Positions 17,918 to 27,062 of a DNA stretch of 38,854 nt are shown one piece after another. The stretch is taken from NCBI GenBank assembly GCA_040880145.1, contig JBBDIZ010000036.1:23019-61872 (forward strand). The letters are read 5' to 3'. Source of the stretch: Simkaniaceae bacterium (GTDB lineage: Bacteria; Chlamydiota; Chlamydiia; Chlamydiales; JAJFMI01). Position 1 is the stretch's first letter; each line of letters starts with the position of its first letter. Both the position numbers and the translations under genes were made by a program. The notes below the pieces were generated by a model. The model did no database searches and was not told the origin of the DNA. It saw nothing but the letters and a program-made list of their open reading frames with translations.

Positions 17918-18361
17918 TTATCCACGTTGAAGCTTTGCCATATCATTATAAATCGTCTCAACAAGAGTATCGAGATGCTTTAACTTATCTAGAAAATCCA
18001 AAATAATCTTAGAAAATTCTTTTTCATTCTTTTCATCATCAAATAAAGTTAATAGATGATCAAAAAGCTTAGCGGATTGAATATTGGGTACAAGTCCACG
18101 TCTTGTAAAATAAAGCTTCCGATTTTTCTCTATCGGAGAAGTAAAGTGTGCAAAAGGTCTATTTCTTTCATCTAACCCAAAAAGCCGAGCAAATTCCGAT
18201 TCTAAAAGAGGTGTGACAGATGAAAAATCGGTGGTAAAGGGAACGATAGAATTAGAGTCTTGAACAAATTGTTTATCATAGGCCTTCTGATCATCGATCC
18301 AGCGAACATGAGCACTATCCGGCAGCTTGTCAATTGTGTTTGAAGTCTTCATATTCATCAA
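17918..18361 (-). CDS. DUF5399-like chlamydial protein (T3SS-locus associated); start may be ATG 18352
   Basis: TIDKL...H.R...DQ..YD..F, SEFARLF...RNRPFAHF..P, LVPNI, C-terminal MAKLQRG pattern recalled from the family. Confidence 0.6.
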   Translation of the reverse strand: MMNMKTSNTIDKLPDSAHVRWIDDQKAYDKQFVQDSNSIVPFTTDFSSVTPLLESEFARLFGLDERNRPFAHFTSPIEKNRKLYFTRRGLVPNIQSAKLFDHLLTLFDDEKNEKEFSKIILDFLDKLKHLDTLVETIYNDMAKLQRG

Positions 18362-18415
18362 GTAAATTAATTATAATATCCAAAAGATTCATCAAGTAAA
18401 TTAATTATAATATCC
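18353..18415. repeat. 29-bp direct repeat with 34-bp period
   Basis: ATTCATCAAGTAAATTAATTATAATATCC at 18353..18381 and 18387..18415. Confidence 0.92.
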
Positions 18416-19230
18416 CCAAAAATTAAGAAAATCATAAGTAGCGTTAAAATAATAACCGCAAAAATAATATGTGCACCAAAATAAAATAAAACACACGTGA
18501 CCCAAGCAAAGAAAGAAGCGATAGCCAAAGGAATTAATGAAATCATTACTATGCAAGTCATTACCGCAAATCCCATAAGACATCCTATCAAAAAGGCACG
18601 CGCTATCTCTAATAAATCTAAACCATCCTCAGCCAAATAGCTGCTAAGAATTTGAATTCCTTTAATAATTGGATTGATATCGTTGAATTGCTCATTCACA
18701 AAAGTATTGACTTTCTCATTAACATCATCTAAATGATTATTATCATCATTTAAATAATTATCGATATTTTGTTGAATATTTTGTAAATATTTTTCTGCAT
18801 CTGGATCCAAATTATACCCATTATCCATATTTGGGATGCGGATGTTAACAGACGCTTTCCACTGGAACCCCCTACGACGAAAAAATGCTGAGATGGGAAG
18901 CCCTCCATCATTCTCAATATCAAGCTCTTCTATATAGAATTCTTTTTGATAAAAATGAAATGTCTCATTCATTTGCTTTTTGATGTTCTTACCATTGTCA
19001 TTATTAAAATTCTCTAAATTTTCTAAAGTTTTAGGAAATTTTAGATAATCATATATCGCTTTGACTAATGGGCTTTCACATCTCCATCGATTTACTAATT
19101 CACTTCTATCAAAACCCATATCATCAGAGATAACTGGATTTAAATCATCATCTAGTTCATTAGATTGCCCAATAAAATAGATAGCACTGGATGGACCACT
19201 ATTCGACGGTAAGACTTTTGACATAAACAC
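18367..19230 (-). CDS. AT-rich orphan with long C-terminal hydrophobic domain (Inc-like candidate effector); likely start ATG 19224
   Basis: Ser/Pro-rich N-terminus MSKVLPSNSGPSS, no signal peptide, ~70-aa hydrophobic C-terminal region; paralog of 16994..17746. Confidence 0.72.
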   Translation of the reverse strand: MFMSKVLPSNSGPSSAIYFIGQSNELDDDLNPVISDDMGFDRSELVNRWRCESPLVKAIYDYLKFPKTLENLENFNNDNGKNIKKQMNETFHFYQKEFYIEELDIENDGGLPISAFFRRRGFQWKASVNIRIPNMDNGYNLDPDAEKYLQNIQQNIDNYLNDDNNHLDDVNEKVNTFVNEQFNDINPIIKGIQILSSYLAEDGLDLLEIARAFLIGCLMGFAVMTCIVMISLIPLAIASFFAWVTCVLFYFGAHIIFAVIILTLLMIFLIFGDIIINLLDESFGYYN

Positions 19231-19251
19231 GTTCGCTTTAAAGGTGCTTCT

Positions 19252-19281
19252 ATATTATCATTTTTTTTCAATAAAACACAA
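19252..19281 (-). promoter_or_regulatory. Sigma70/sigma66-type promoter for 18367..19230
   Basis: Minus strand TTGTGT-N18-TAATAT with TG extension; 17-bp identity with the 17772..17800 promoter. Confidence 0.5.
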
Positions 19282-19432
19282 GGTATTCTTAAGATTTATT
19301 AAAATAATAATTACATATTAGTTAATGTTTTACGATTTATGATATTTTATATTTGACTTATCGCAATAAAGCAAAATAGGCTGCATTTCTTCTTCGCAAA
19401 AAAATCACTTTTCGCAATACAATATCATAGAT

Positions 19433-20647
19433 ATGAAACGAATGCTTCCCATCTTACTTATTCTCTTTCTAGGCTATGTTGGCTTTTCCATTTCGCTCCC
19501 TCTATTCCCTCCTCTTATGCTTGAAGAAAGTCATGGCTTTTTAACAGGCTCTTATAGTGGGTTTACGCGCAATGTTCTTTTAGGACTCTTGCTTGCAATG
19601 TATCCATTAGGTCAGTTTTTCGGCTGTCCGCTGATTGGAAGATTTTCTGATCGATTTGGCAGAAAAAAAGTTCTTCTTTTTAGCCTTGGGGCTACAATTC
19701 CAACTTTTATCATTTCTGCTTTTGCCATTCACTATTCTCAAGTTATGCTACTGTTTATTGCCCGTTTTTTTTGTGGTCTTTTCGAAGGAAATGTCGTGAT
19801 TGCCCAGGCTGCGATGGCCGATATCAGTGAAACGCCTAAAGAGAAAAGCCGTTACTTCAGCTGGGGCGTTACGGCCTCCTCCCTCGCTTTTGTTATCGGT
19901 CCTCTCTTGGGGGGCAAGCTCTCAGATCCAACTCTGGTCTCTTTTTTCTCTTTTTCAACTCCCTTTACCCTGTCCGCTATTGTTGTAATCCTTACTTTTA
20001 TCTATATGGCTTTTCAGTTTAAGGAGACAAGAAACCCAAGTGCTGAAACGAATATTCATCCTCTTCTTATTTTCCGCTCCATTTATAATGGTACAAAATC
20101 GGAAAAAATACGTCCGATCTATCGAAATAATTTCTTAATTTTTATAGCTATTTTTTTCTTTTTTAATTTTTTACCGGTTTTTTTGGTCAAAAAATTTGAT
20201 ATGAACCCCTCTTCGCTCTCTGAAGTAGAGGCCTATCTCTCAGTTCCTATTGCTATTGCTCCTTTTTTTGAGGGGAAGCTGTCAAACAAGCTCTCTCCCA
20301 TTACGGCCACAATTTCAAGCGCACTTGTGCTCGGGCTTGGAACACTCATTTTGATTCCTTTCTCTTCAAAATACGCTCTTCTTGCTACTTTAATTCCTCC
20401 CGGATTTGCGCTTGCTTTTGCTTTAACTTATACGACTGTTTTAGTTTCGATGAGAACTGAAAAAGAAAGCCAAGGAGAGGCTTTGGGCATAAACCAATCC
20501 CTCCAGGTTTTTGCAGAAGCTTTCACGGCCATTTTAGGTGGATTTCTAGCTGCAAAGCTTGCTAGCTTGCCTTTGATTGTCTCAGCCCTCTTTGCATTTA
20601 TTGGAGCAGGTTGTTACTTCATCCATCGGAAGAAAGCTCCCCTTTAG
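19433..20647 (+). CDS. MFS transporter, TetA/DHA1-like drug:H+ antiporter
   Basis: Motif A GRFSDRFGRKKVLL, ARFFCGLFEG, motif C-like AFVIGPLLGGKL; about 12 TM. Confidence 0.9.
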   Translation: MKRMLPILLILFLGYVGFSISLPLFPPLMLEESHGFLTGSYSGFTRNVLLGLLLAMYPLGQFFGCPLIGRFSDRFGRKKVLLFSLGATIPTFIISAFAIHYSQVMLLFIARFFCGLFEGNVVIAQAAMADISETPKEKSRYFSWGVTASSLAFVIGPLLGGKLSDPTLVSFFSFSTPFTLSAIVVILTFIYMAFQFKETRNPSAETNIHPLLIFRSIYNGTKSEKIRPIYRNNFLIFIAIFFFFNFLPVFLVKKFDMNPSSLSEVEAYLSVPIAIAPFFEGKLSNKLSPITATISSALVLGLGTLILIPFSSKYALLATLIPPGFALAFALTYTTVLVSMRTEKESQGEALGINQSLQVFAEAFTAILGGFLAAKLASLPLIVSALFAFIGAGCYFIHRKKAPL

Positions 20648-22157
20648 AGAATCGTTCACGTTTTTTAAAGAAAAATACAAAAATAATCAGTGTGATGAAG
20701 ATCCATCCAGATACCCAAAAGGTATCATTTACTCCAAGCATAGCCGCTTGTTGGTCGGTTATATCATTTAATAGGGCATAGGACTCTTCTTTTGAAAACC
20801 CCCGATCTAAAAGCATTTGCATCCTATTTTTCGCCGCCCCGTAATAGGGAGTTAAAAATGAAACAAGGTTGCTGTGGTGAAAACTTGTCCGCCGCTCCCA
20901 TAGCGTCACAAATAATGATGTTCCGGCCCCTCCTGCAAAGATTCTGAAAAAATGATAAATCCCTGTTGCGCTGCTGAGCTTTTCATTCGGCATATGTGCC
21001 ATTGATATTGAAATGAGTGGTGGAAGATAAAAACTAATTCCAACTCCCAAAAGCAATCGACTCATTGCAACTTCTGCAAAACTGACATTGGTCGTAAAAG
21101 AGGTGAAATAAAAAAGAGCAAGGGCATACGCGATAAAAGAGGTCATGATAATGGGTTTTAAACTCATCGAGTTCATCATTTTTGCCACAGGATAGCTTGC
21201 AAAAATAGGAACAATCCCCATCGTTGAAATGGCGAGTCCAGCCCATGTCGCTGTATAATTTTGATAATCTTGAAGCCAAAGTGGAGATACCACAATGGTT
21301 CCAAATAAAACCATGTAGGAAACCGCTGTAACAAAGGTTCCAATCGCATAATTACGGTTTTTCAGCAGTCGAAAATCAATAAGTGGGTCTTTATGGAATA
21401 ACTCCCAAATAAATAGATAAATAAAAGATAGTGCGGAAACGACTCCTAAGGTCTTGATTATAGGATTTCGAAACCAATCTAATTGCTGCCCCTGATCGAG
21501 CAAAATCTGTAGGGCGCTAACAGCTAGCGTCAATAATATTAATCCCAAATAATCGATAGGGCGCTTTTTAACCACGCTTTCACGACCTTTAAGTAAGTGC
21601 CAAATTAAAAAAGCACTAGTAATCCCAACGGGTATATTGATATAGAAAATCCATGGCCAGCTATAATTATAGGTAATCCAGCCTCCTATAATTGGTCCAA
21701 TTACAGGCGCTACAACGACTATCATCGACCAAATCGTGAGGGCAATGTTGCGTTTTTTCGGTGGATAATTTTGAAGAAGTAAACTTTGTGAAAGCGGAAT
21801 CAAAGGCCCTGCAACAAGCCCCTGAATAAAGCGCATAATGATGAGCATGTTAAAGGTAAAGGCTCCGCCGCACATCCATGAGGTAAAGGTAAATAAAAGG
21901 GTTGAAAGCACCATGACTTTTACCGATCCAAACCGTTCTGCCAGCCATCCGGTTAAAGGAAGTGCAATCGCATTTCCAACAGCAAAACAAGTGATCACCC
22001 AGGTTCCATCGTTGTTGCTGACAGCTAATCCGCCTGCAATATAGGGTATCGAAACATTTGCGATGGAGGTATCTAAAACTTGCATGAAGGTGCAAAGAGA
22101 AAGCGCTAAGGTCAATAGCGCCAGTAAGCCGCCTCGAAAGGGCTCGATTTCCTTCAC
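20619..22157 (-). CDS. emrB: DHA2 family multidrug efflux MFS permease
   Basis: FMQVLDTSIANVSIP, WVIT, PLTGWLAERFG, RFIQGLVAGPLIPLSQ, GPIIGGWIT..YSWPWIFYINIPVG. Confidence 0.93.
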   Translation of the reverse strand: MKEIEPFRGGLLALLTLALSLCTFMQVLDTSIANVSIPYIAGGLAVSNNDGTWVITCFAVGNAIALPLTGWLAERFGSVKVMVLSTLLFTFTSWMCGGAFTFNMLIIMRFIQGLVAGPLIPLSQSLLLQNYPPKKRNIALTIWSMIVVVAPVIGPIIGGWITYNYSWPWIFYINIPVGITSAFLIWHLLKGRESVVKKRPIDYLGLILLTLAVSALQILLDQGQQLDWFRNPIIKTLGVVSALSFIYLFIWELFHKDPLIDFRLLKNRNYAIGTFVTAVSYMVLFGTIVVSPLWLQDYQNYTATWAGLAISTMGIVPIFASYPVAKMMNSMSLKPIIMTSFIAYALALFYFTSFTTNVSFAEVAMSRLLLGVGISFYLPPLISISMAHMPNEKLSSATGIYHFFRIFAGGAGTSLFVTLWERRTSFHHSNLVSFLTPYYGAAKNRMQMLLDRGFSKEESYALLNDITDQQAAMLGVNDTFWVSGWIFITLIIFVFFFKKRERFSKGELSSDG

Positions 22158-23374
22158 TTTTTGAAAACCTCTTTCAGGTCAAGGTGCGCTATTGAATCTC
22201 GGAGTAAACCTGAAGAATTTTCTTTGATGATCTTAGAAATCACATAATCGGCGCCCTCCTCCTGCATGGGATAAATATCTGTCGAGTAGATGGAGGTCAG
22301 CTTTGCTTTTGACTGAGCAATTCGATCACCTGAGCGATCATGGGTATCGATTTTGGTATGCATACTTAAGCCCACCATTAAGGGGTGCTTGATGAGTTCT
22401 TCGGGATTTAAATCAACTCGAACAGGAAGCCTTTGAACAATTTTAATCCAGTTTCCTGTCGCATTTTGAGGCGGAAGAACAGAAAATGCTGAACCGGTTC
22501 CGGCAGAGAGCCCCGTTACGTTTCCATGGTATTTCACTCTATGACCATAAAAGTCAGCTTCAAGAAGCACCGGTTGTCCAAGCCGCACATTTTTCAAATG
22601 CACTTCTTTAAAGTTCGCATCAACCCAAAGCTCACTAAGTGGTACAATGGCAAGTAATGGGGTCGTCTGATCAATCGATTCCCCTACTTGAACGTTACGC
22701 ATTGCGATAATTCCATCTGTTGGGGCCCTGATATGGCACCTTCTTAAATTGACATAAGCATTCTTTACCCGTTCAGCTGCTTCTAAAACTTTCGGATGTG
22801 TCTTCACGTTTGTGTTTTGAACAAGTGCATAAGCTGCATATAGATCATGCTTGGTCTTTTCCAGTGAATTTTTTGCGGTCTCCAGGGTTGTTGTGGTATG
22901 CTCAAATTCTTGCTTTGAAATGGCTCCGGGCTCTACGAGGGGCAGTCGATTGGTATAATCCCAAGATGCGCGAATAAGCTCTGCCTTTTTCACTTGTAAT
23001 TCTGAGGCTAAACTTTCCACATTTTGATAGAGCTTCAAAACTTCTCTTACTGTTTCTCCAAGAAGGGCTTTGCTTTGATCAAAGGATATGAGTGGGTCAG
23101 TGCGATCAAGTTCAATGATAATCTGTCCTTTTTTGACAAATTGCGTCTCTTCAGCGTGAATCTCGGTAACAATTCCAGGAATTTGGCTGTTGAGCTGAAC
23201 GAGATTGCCATGAACATAGGAATCACTTGTTGAGACTTCAAACTGTCCCCATATGAGGTACCAAGTCAAAATCAGCGCTGTAATGAGAAAGACAGAAAGC
23301 GTTGTCCAAAAAAGCAAAAATCTTCTCTTTTTTCTATCACCGCTTTCATTCTCCTCACCCGGCTGCATAGCCAC
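22154..23374 (-). CDS. emrA: Efflux membrane fusion protein (EmrA/HlyD family)
   Basis: N-terminal TM, STSDSYVHGN, WVDANFKE, GTGSAFSVLPPQNATGNWIKIVQRLPVRV. Confidence 0.93.
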   Translation of the reverse strand: MAMQPGEENESGDRKKRRFLLFWTTLSVFLITALILTWYLIWGQFEVSTSDSYVHGNLVQLNSQIPGIVTEIHAEETQFVKKGQIIIELDRTDPLISFDQSKALLGETVREVLKLYQNVESLASELQVKKAELIRASWDYTNRLPLVEPGAISKQEFEHTTTTLETAKNSLEKTKHDLYAAYALVQNTNVKTHPKVLEAAERVKNAYVNLRRCHIRAPTDGIIAMRNVQVGESIDQTTPLLAIVPLSELWVDANFKEVHLKNVRLGQPVLLEADFYGHRVKYHGNVTGLSAGTGSAFSVLPPQNATGNWIKIVQRLPVRVDLNPEELIKHPLMVGLSMHTKIDTHDRSGDRIAQSKAKLTSIYSTDIYPMQEEGADYVISKIIKENSSGLLRDSIAHLDLKEVFKK

Positions 23375-24776
23375 CTCCTAAGGATTTAATCAATTTGACA
23401 ATTGCTGTCAGTCTCATATAATCGAGCTGATTGAACTTCAAGCTTTCTTTTAGCTTTTTTTCTTTTGCTAATAGAAAAGGAAGTTGACTTCCAATGCCGT
23501 GAAGCAGGCGAAGTTCATAGAGCCTCTCTTCATTTTCGCTTTTTTCTAATGAAATCGCTTCAACTTCAAGCTCATCTGTGACTTTTGAGAGTATTGAAAT
23601 GTTGCCTGCGACCTCACTTGCAGCATTGAGAATTAATTCGTTGTAATTGAAGATCGCTTCATCGAAGGCAGCCACCTTTGCACGCAGGTTTGATTTCAAA
23701 CGCCCTCCCGTAAAAATCGGTAAGCTTAAAAGAGGATTTAAAGCTCCTTTGAAGCTTTCTATAGAAAAAAGCTTACTCAACGAAAGGGTTTCAACCCCTG
23801 CAAAGGCGAGTAAATTGACGTTGGGATAAAAAGCAGCTTTTGCAGCTGAAATTTCTTCAGCTGAGCGTTCAATAAGGTAGAGTCTTGCTGCAATATCAGG
23901 CCTTCTAACTAATAATCCCGAGGAAAGATCGTTTGGTAATGGAAAGGGTTCTATAAATTCAGCTGTAATATCGGATAGGGATAAAACACTTTCAGGTCCT
24001 TGACCAATTAAAACCCCGATGCGATGGCGAGAAAGTGCAATTTGCTTCTCCACTTCCAATATCTCTTTACGATATTGATTTAAAGTAATCAATGCTTGGT
24101 CAACCTGCATTTTATCCACTTGCCCCTGAATAAAGAGTAGCTGCGTAAGGGATAAATATTGACGTCGTGTCGCGATAAGCTCTTCGATAAGCGCCTTTTC
24201 GATCAACTGCCATTTCAAATCGAGATAGGTGCTCGCCAAAAAAGTTGTGATCATGAGCTTTGTCAAAGCGCTTTCAGCTTGAGTTGCAAAAGCAAGATCC
24301 AGCGCCGCCTTATAGGTGTGTCGAAGACGTCCAAAAAAATCAATTTCCCACTGAAAATTTAAACTCAAGTCGACTTGATTGATTACTGCCGGCACAAGAG
24401 AGGGCGGAAAGCGGTCTAAACTCTCCTTGCTGATATGAGCATAATTATCAAAAGTATCAAATTGAAGATGGGGATAAAGCGGCGCTTTTTGGACACCGGC
24501 CTCTTCAAATAAACGCCGCATTTTCGCTTGGGCGCTCAATAGAGTGGGGTTCTCATTTATCGCCTCTTCCATTAGAGAAGAAAGTTTTTCGTCATTGAAA
24601 AGTTCCCACCAATTTTGGCTGACCCACTCCCCTTCACTAAAAGCACTATCCGTACTTGTATTTATTTTTACTGGCTCTAAAATGCACGCTTCTCTATTTT
24701 TATCTGCAAATTTTGTACAAGATGTTGTCATTAGAAAAAAAATAATGGTAAAATATACTGACTTCATAGAAATCAT
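23355..24776 (-). CDS. Efflux outer-membrane lipoprotein (NodT/OprM/TolC family)
   Basis: Lipobox-like TSC, NWWELFND..L..L...A...NP, WEIDFFGR, LLVRRPDI, AKAAFYPNVNL, LPIFTGGRL, LIKSLGGG. Confidence 0.92.
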   Translation of the reverse strand: MISMKSVYFTIIFFLMTTSCTKFADKNREACILEPVKINTSTDSAFSEGEWVSQNWWELFNDEKLSSLMEEAINENPTLLSAQAKMRRLFEEAGVQKAPLYPHLQFDTFDNYAHISKESLDRFPPSLVPAVINQVDLSLNFQWEIDFFGRLRHTYKAALDLAFATQAESALTKLMITTFLASTYLDLKWQLIEKALIEELIATRRQYLSLTQLLFIQGQVDKMQVDQALITLNQYRKEILEVEKQIALSRHRIGVLIGQGPESVLSLSDITAEFIEPFPLPNDLSSGLLVRRPDIAARLYLIERSAEEISAAKAAFYPNVNLLAFAGVETLSLSKLFSIESFKGALNPLLSLPIFTGGRLKSNLRAKVAAFDEAIFNYNELILNAASEVAGNISILSKVTDELEVEAISLEKSENEERLYELRLLHGIGSQLPFLLAKEKKLKESLKFNQLDYMRLTAIVKLIKSLGGGYAAG

Positions 24777-24827
24777 TTTGCACTCCTAATACTTTTAAAT
24801 AATAAAAATTATGATTTAAATAAAGAA

Positions 24828-27062
24828 ATGGAATACAAATATAAATGTGGAATTGAGCGAGAAGCTTTTCGAGTTGATCTTAATGGAAAAATCAGTACAA
24901 AAAACCATCCATTCATTCTTGGAAATAAATTCACTCATCCTTCTATCACATGCGATTACGCCGAAGCACAATTAGAGCTGATTACTCCCCCCTTTAAATC
25001 ATGCACATCTTCGTTGAAATTCATTGAAAAATTGCAAGGTTTTATTTGCCATTCAAATCCAAATGAACTCCTTTGGCCTTTAAGCATGCCCCCGGCCCTC
25101 TCTAAAGATCGTGTCAAACTTGCCCGGTTTGGATCTACAAAAGAGGCAAAGCTAAAAACGCTTTACCGCATGGGCATCAAAGAGCGCTATGGAGAAAAAA
25201 TGCAGCTTATTTCAGGGATTCATTTTAACTTCTCCTTCGATGAAAAAGTCACCACTGAAGACTATCTCGCACTGATTCGAAATTATTTACGCTATGGCTA
25301 TATTATAACCTATCTTTTCGGAGCCTCTCCGCTCTCAGACAATACCTATCTTTCAAAAAAATATCCCTTTGCGACATCACTTAGAATGAGTCATCATGGG
25401 TATTACTCTCGGATTGTCGAGCAATGCGCTATCTCATTTAATCATTTTGATGAATATATTCATGACTTAGAACGGGCGCTTGAAACCCCCCATTTAAAAT
25501 ATCAAGACATAGAAGCAAATAAACAGATCAATAGCCATATTTTCCAAAATGAAAATGAACACTACACACGGATTCGCCCGAAAGTCTCTTCTTCAAAGAA
25601 AAGCGGCTTAAGTGCTCTGAAAGAGAGAGGAATCGAATATGTCGAAATTCGAACTCTCGATATCAATCCTTTTACTCCGGCTGGTATTTCTAAAGAAGAA
25701 AGTGACTTTTTGGTCCAATTTCTCTTCTTTTTGAAAAACAAGGAAAGCCCGCATTTGACAAAAAAAGAGCAGCAGGCTCTATTCACCAATCAAAACCGCG
25801 TTGCCCTATTTGGTCGAGATCCAAATTTAACTATAATGATTCAAGGGAAAGAAGTCCCCTTCATCGAACATGTTACCGGCTTCTTAAAAGAAATGAAGGC
25901 ACCGGTTGAAATCATGGAAAAAATCATTTCACAAAAAATTGTTGATGAAATGAAAGTTCATAGAGAAGACCATCAAAGTTTTGGCTTGAGAATGGCCAAA
26001 TTGCATCAAGAAAAGTCTCTTAAAAATCCATTAGAAAACCGTTATCAAGTCCGTTTTGAAAAAGAAGCTGAATTTTCTCACTTAAAAGCCTCTTACCTCA
26101 AGAAACTATCTGATTTTTATACAAAGGGATATGAAACGCTTGAAATTTCAACCCAGCTCGTAATCAAGGAAGCACAAAAACGAGGGTTAAAAGTTGAAGT
26201 CTTAGATTCAGTCAACAATTTTATTCGTCTATCCAATCTTGAAAAAAGCGTAATCCTCAAACAAGCCACCCAATCTGAATTCGACAGTTTGATTACCTAT
26301 TTCATTATGGAAAATAAGCTGGTCACAAAAAACCTTCTAGCTGAAAAGGGATTTCCTGTTCCAAAGACTCTTTCCACTTCTGATTATCAGCATCAAAAGG
26401 TCATTGTAAAACCCATCCATACTAATTTTGGAATTGGCATATCGATCGCTGAAAACAAAAAAGAGTTGAAAAAAGCCATTGAAAAAGCCAAGAAATATGA
26501 GGACTCTTTTTTAATAGAGGCATTTTTAGAAGGCGGCGAATACCGTTTTCTTGTAATTGGAAACCATTGCACTGCTGTTTTAAAACGAGATCCCGCCAAT
26601 ATTATCGGAGATGGTTATCATACGATTAAAGAGCTTGTCGAAATAAAAAACCTAACACCTGAAAATTTTAAACATCCAAAAGTGCAAATCCGCCTAGGCG
26701 AAACCGAAAATGAAAGCTTAAAAGCATTCGATCTTAAAACCACCTCTATTCTAGAAAAGAATCGAAAAATTTATTTAAGAAAAAATTCAAATGTCTCAAC
26801 CGGCGGTGATCCCATTGACGTCACCGATGAAATCCATCCTGAGTATAAAGCTCTTTCTGTTAAAGCCTCCCAGGCAATCGGCGCTCAAATTTGCGGTGTC
26901 GATATGATCATTAAAAACCCAAAAAAATTCACTAAAGAGATCGGAATTATTGAAATGAATTTTAATCCGACACTCGCTATTCATAAGTTTCCTTTTAAAG
27001 GAGTTCAGCGACATGTTGAGTGCGACCTTCTCGATTTTTTCGGATTTGAGAGGAAGAAATAA
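24828..27062 (+). CDS. gshF: Bifunctional glutamate-cysteine ligase/glutathione synthetase (GshF/GshAB)
   Basis: GshA-like N-domain (GIEREAFRV, HPSITCDYAEAQLELITP, WPLSMPP, MQLISGIHFNFS, GIEYVEIRTLDINPF) fused to ATP-grasp (LEISTQ, VKPIHTNFGIGI, NSNVSTGGD, IIEMNFNP); 744 aa. Confidence 0.92.
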   Translation: MEYKYKCGIEREAFRVDLNGKISTKNHPFILGNKFTHPSITCDYAEAQLELITPPFKSCTSSLKFIEKLQGFICHSNPNELLWPLSMPPALSKDRVKLARFGSTKEAKLKTLYRMGIKERYGEKMQLISGIHFNFSFDEKVTTEDYLALIRNYLRYGYIITYLFGASPLSDNTYLSKKYPFATSLRMSHHGYYSRIVEQCAISFNHFDEYIHDLERALETPHLKYQDIEANKQINSHIFQNENEHYTRIRPKVSSSKKSGLSALKERGIEYVEIRTLDINPFTPAGISKEESDFLVQFLFFLKNKESPHLTKKEQQALFTNQNRVALFGRDPNLTIMIQGKEVPFIEHVTGFLKEMKAPVEIMEKIISQKIVDEMKVHREDHQSFGLRMAKLHQEKSLKNPLENRYQVRFEKEAEFSHLKASYLKKLSDFYTKGYETLEISTQLVIKEAQKRGLKVEVLDSVNNFIRLSNLEKSVILKQATQSEFDSLITYFIMENKLVTKNLLAEKGFPVPKTLSTSDYQHQKVIVKPIHTNFGIGISIAENKKELKKAIEKAKKYEDSFLIEAFLEGGEYRFLVIGNHCTAVLKRDPANIIGDGYHTIKELVEIKNLTPENFKHPKVQIRLGETENESLKAFDLKTTSILEKNRKIYLRKNSNVSTGGDPIDVTDEIHPEYKALSVKASQAIGAQICGVDMIIKNPKKFTKEIGIIEMNFNPTLAIHKFPFKGVQRHVECDLLDFFGFERKK

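Noticed and set aside
26130..27062. Cyanophycin synthetase
   Set aside because: The ATP-grasp domain is similar, but it is fused to a GshA domain and lacks the Mur-ligase C-terminal half.
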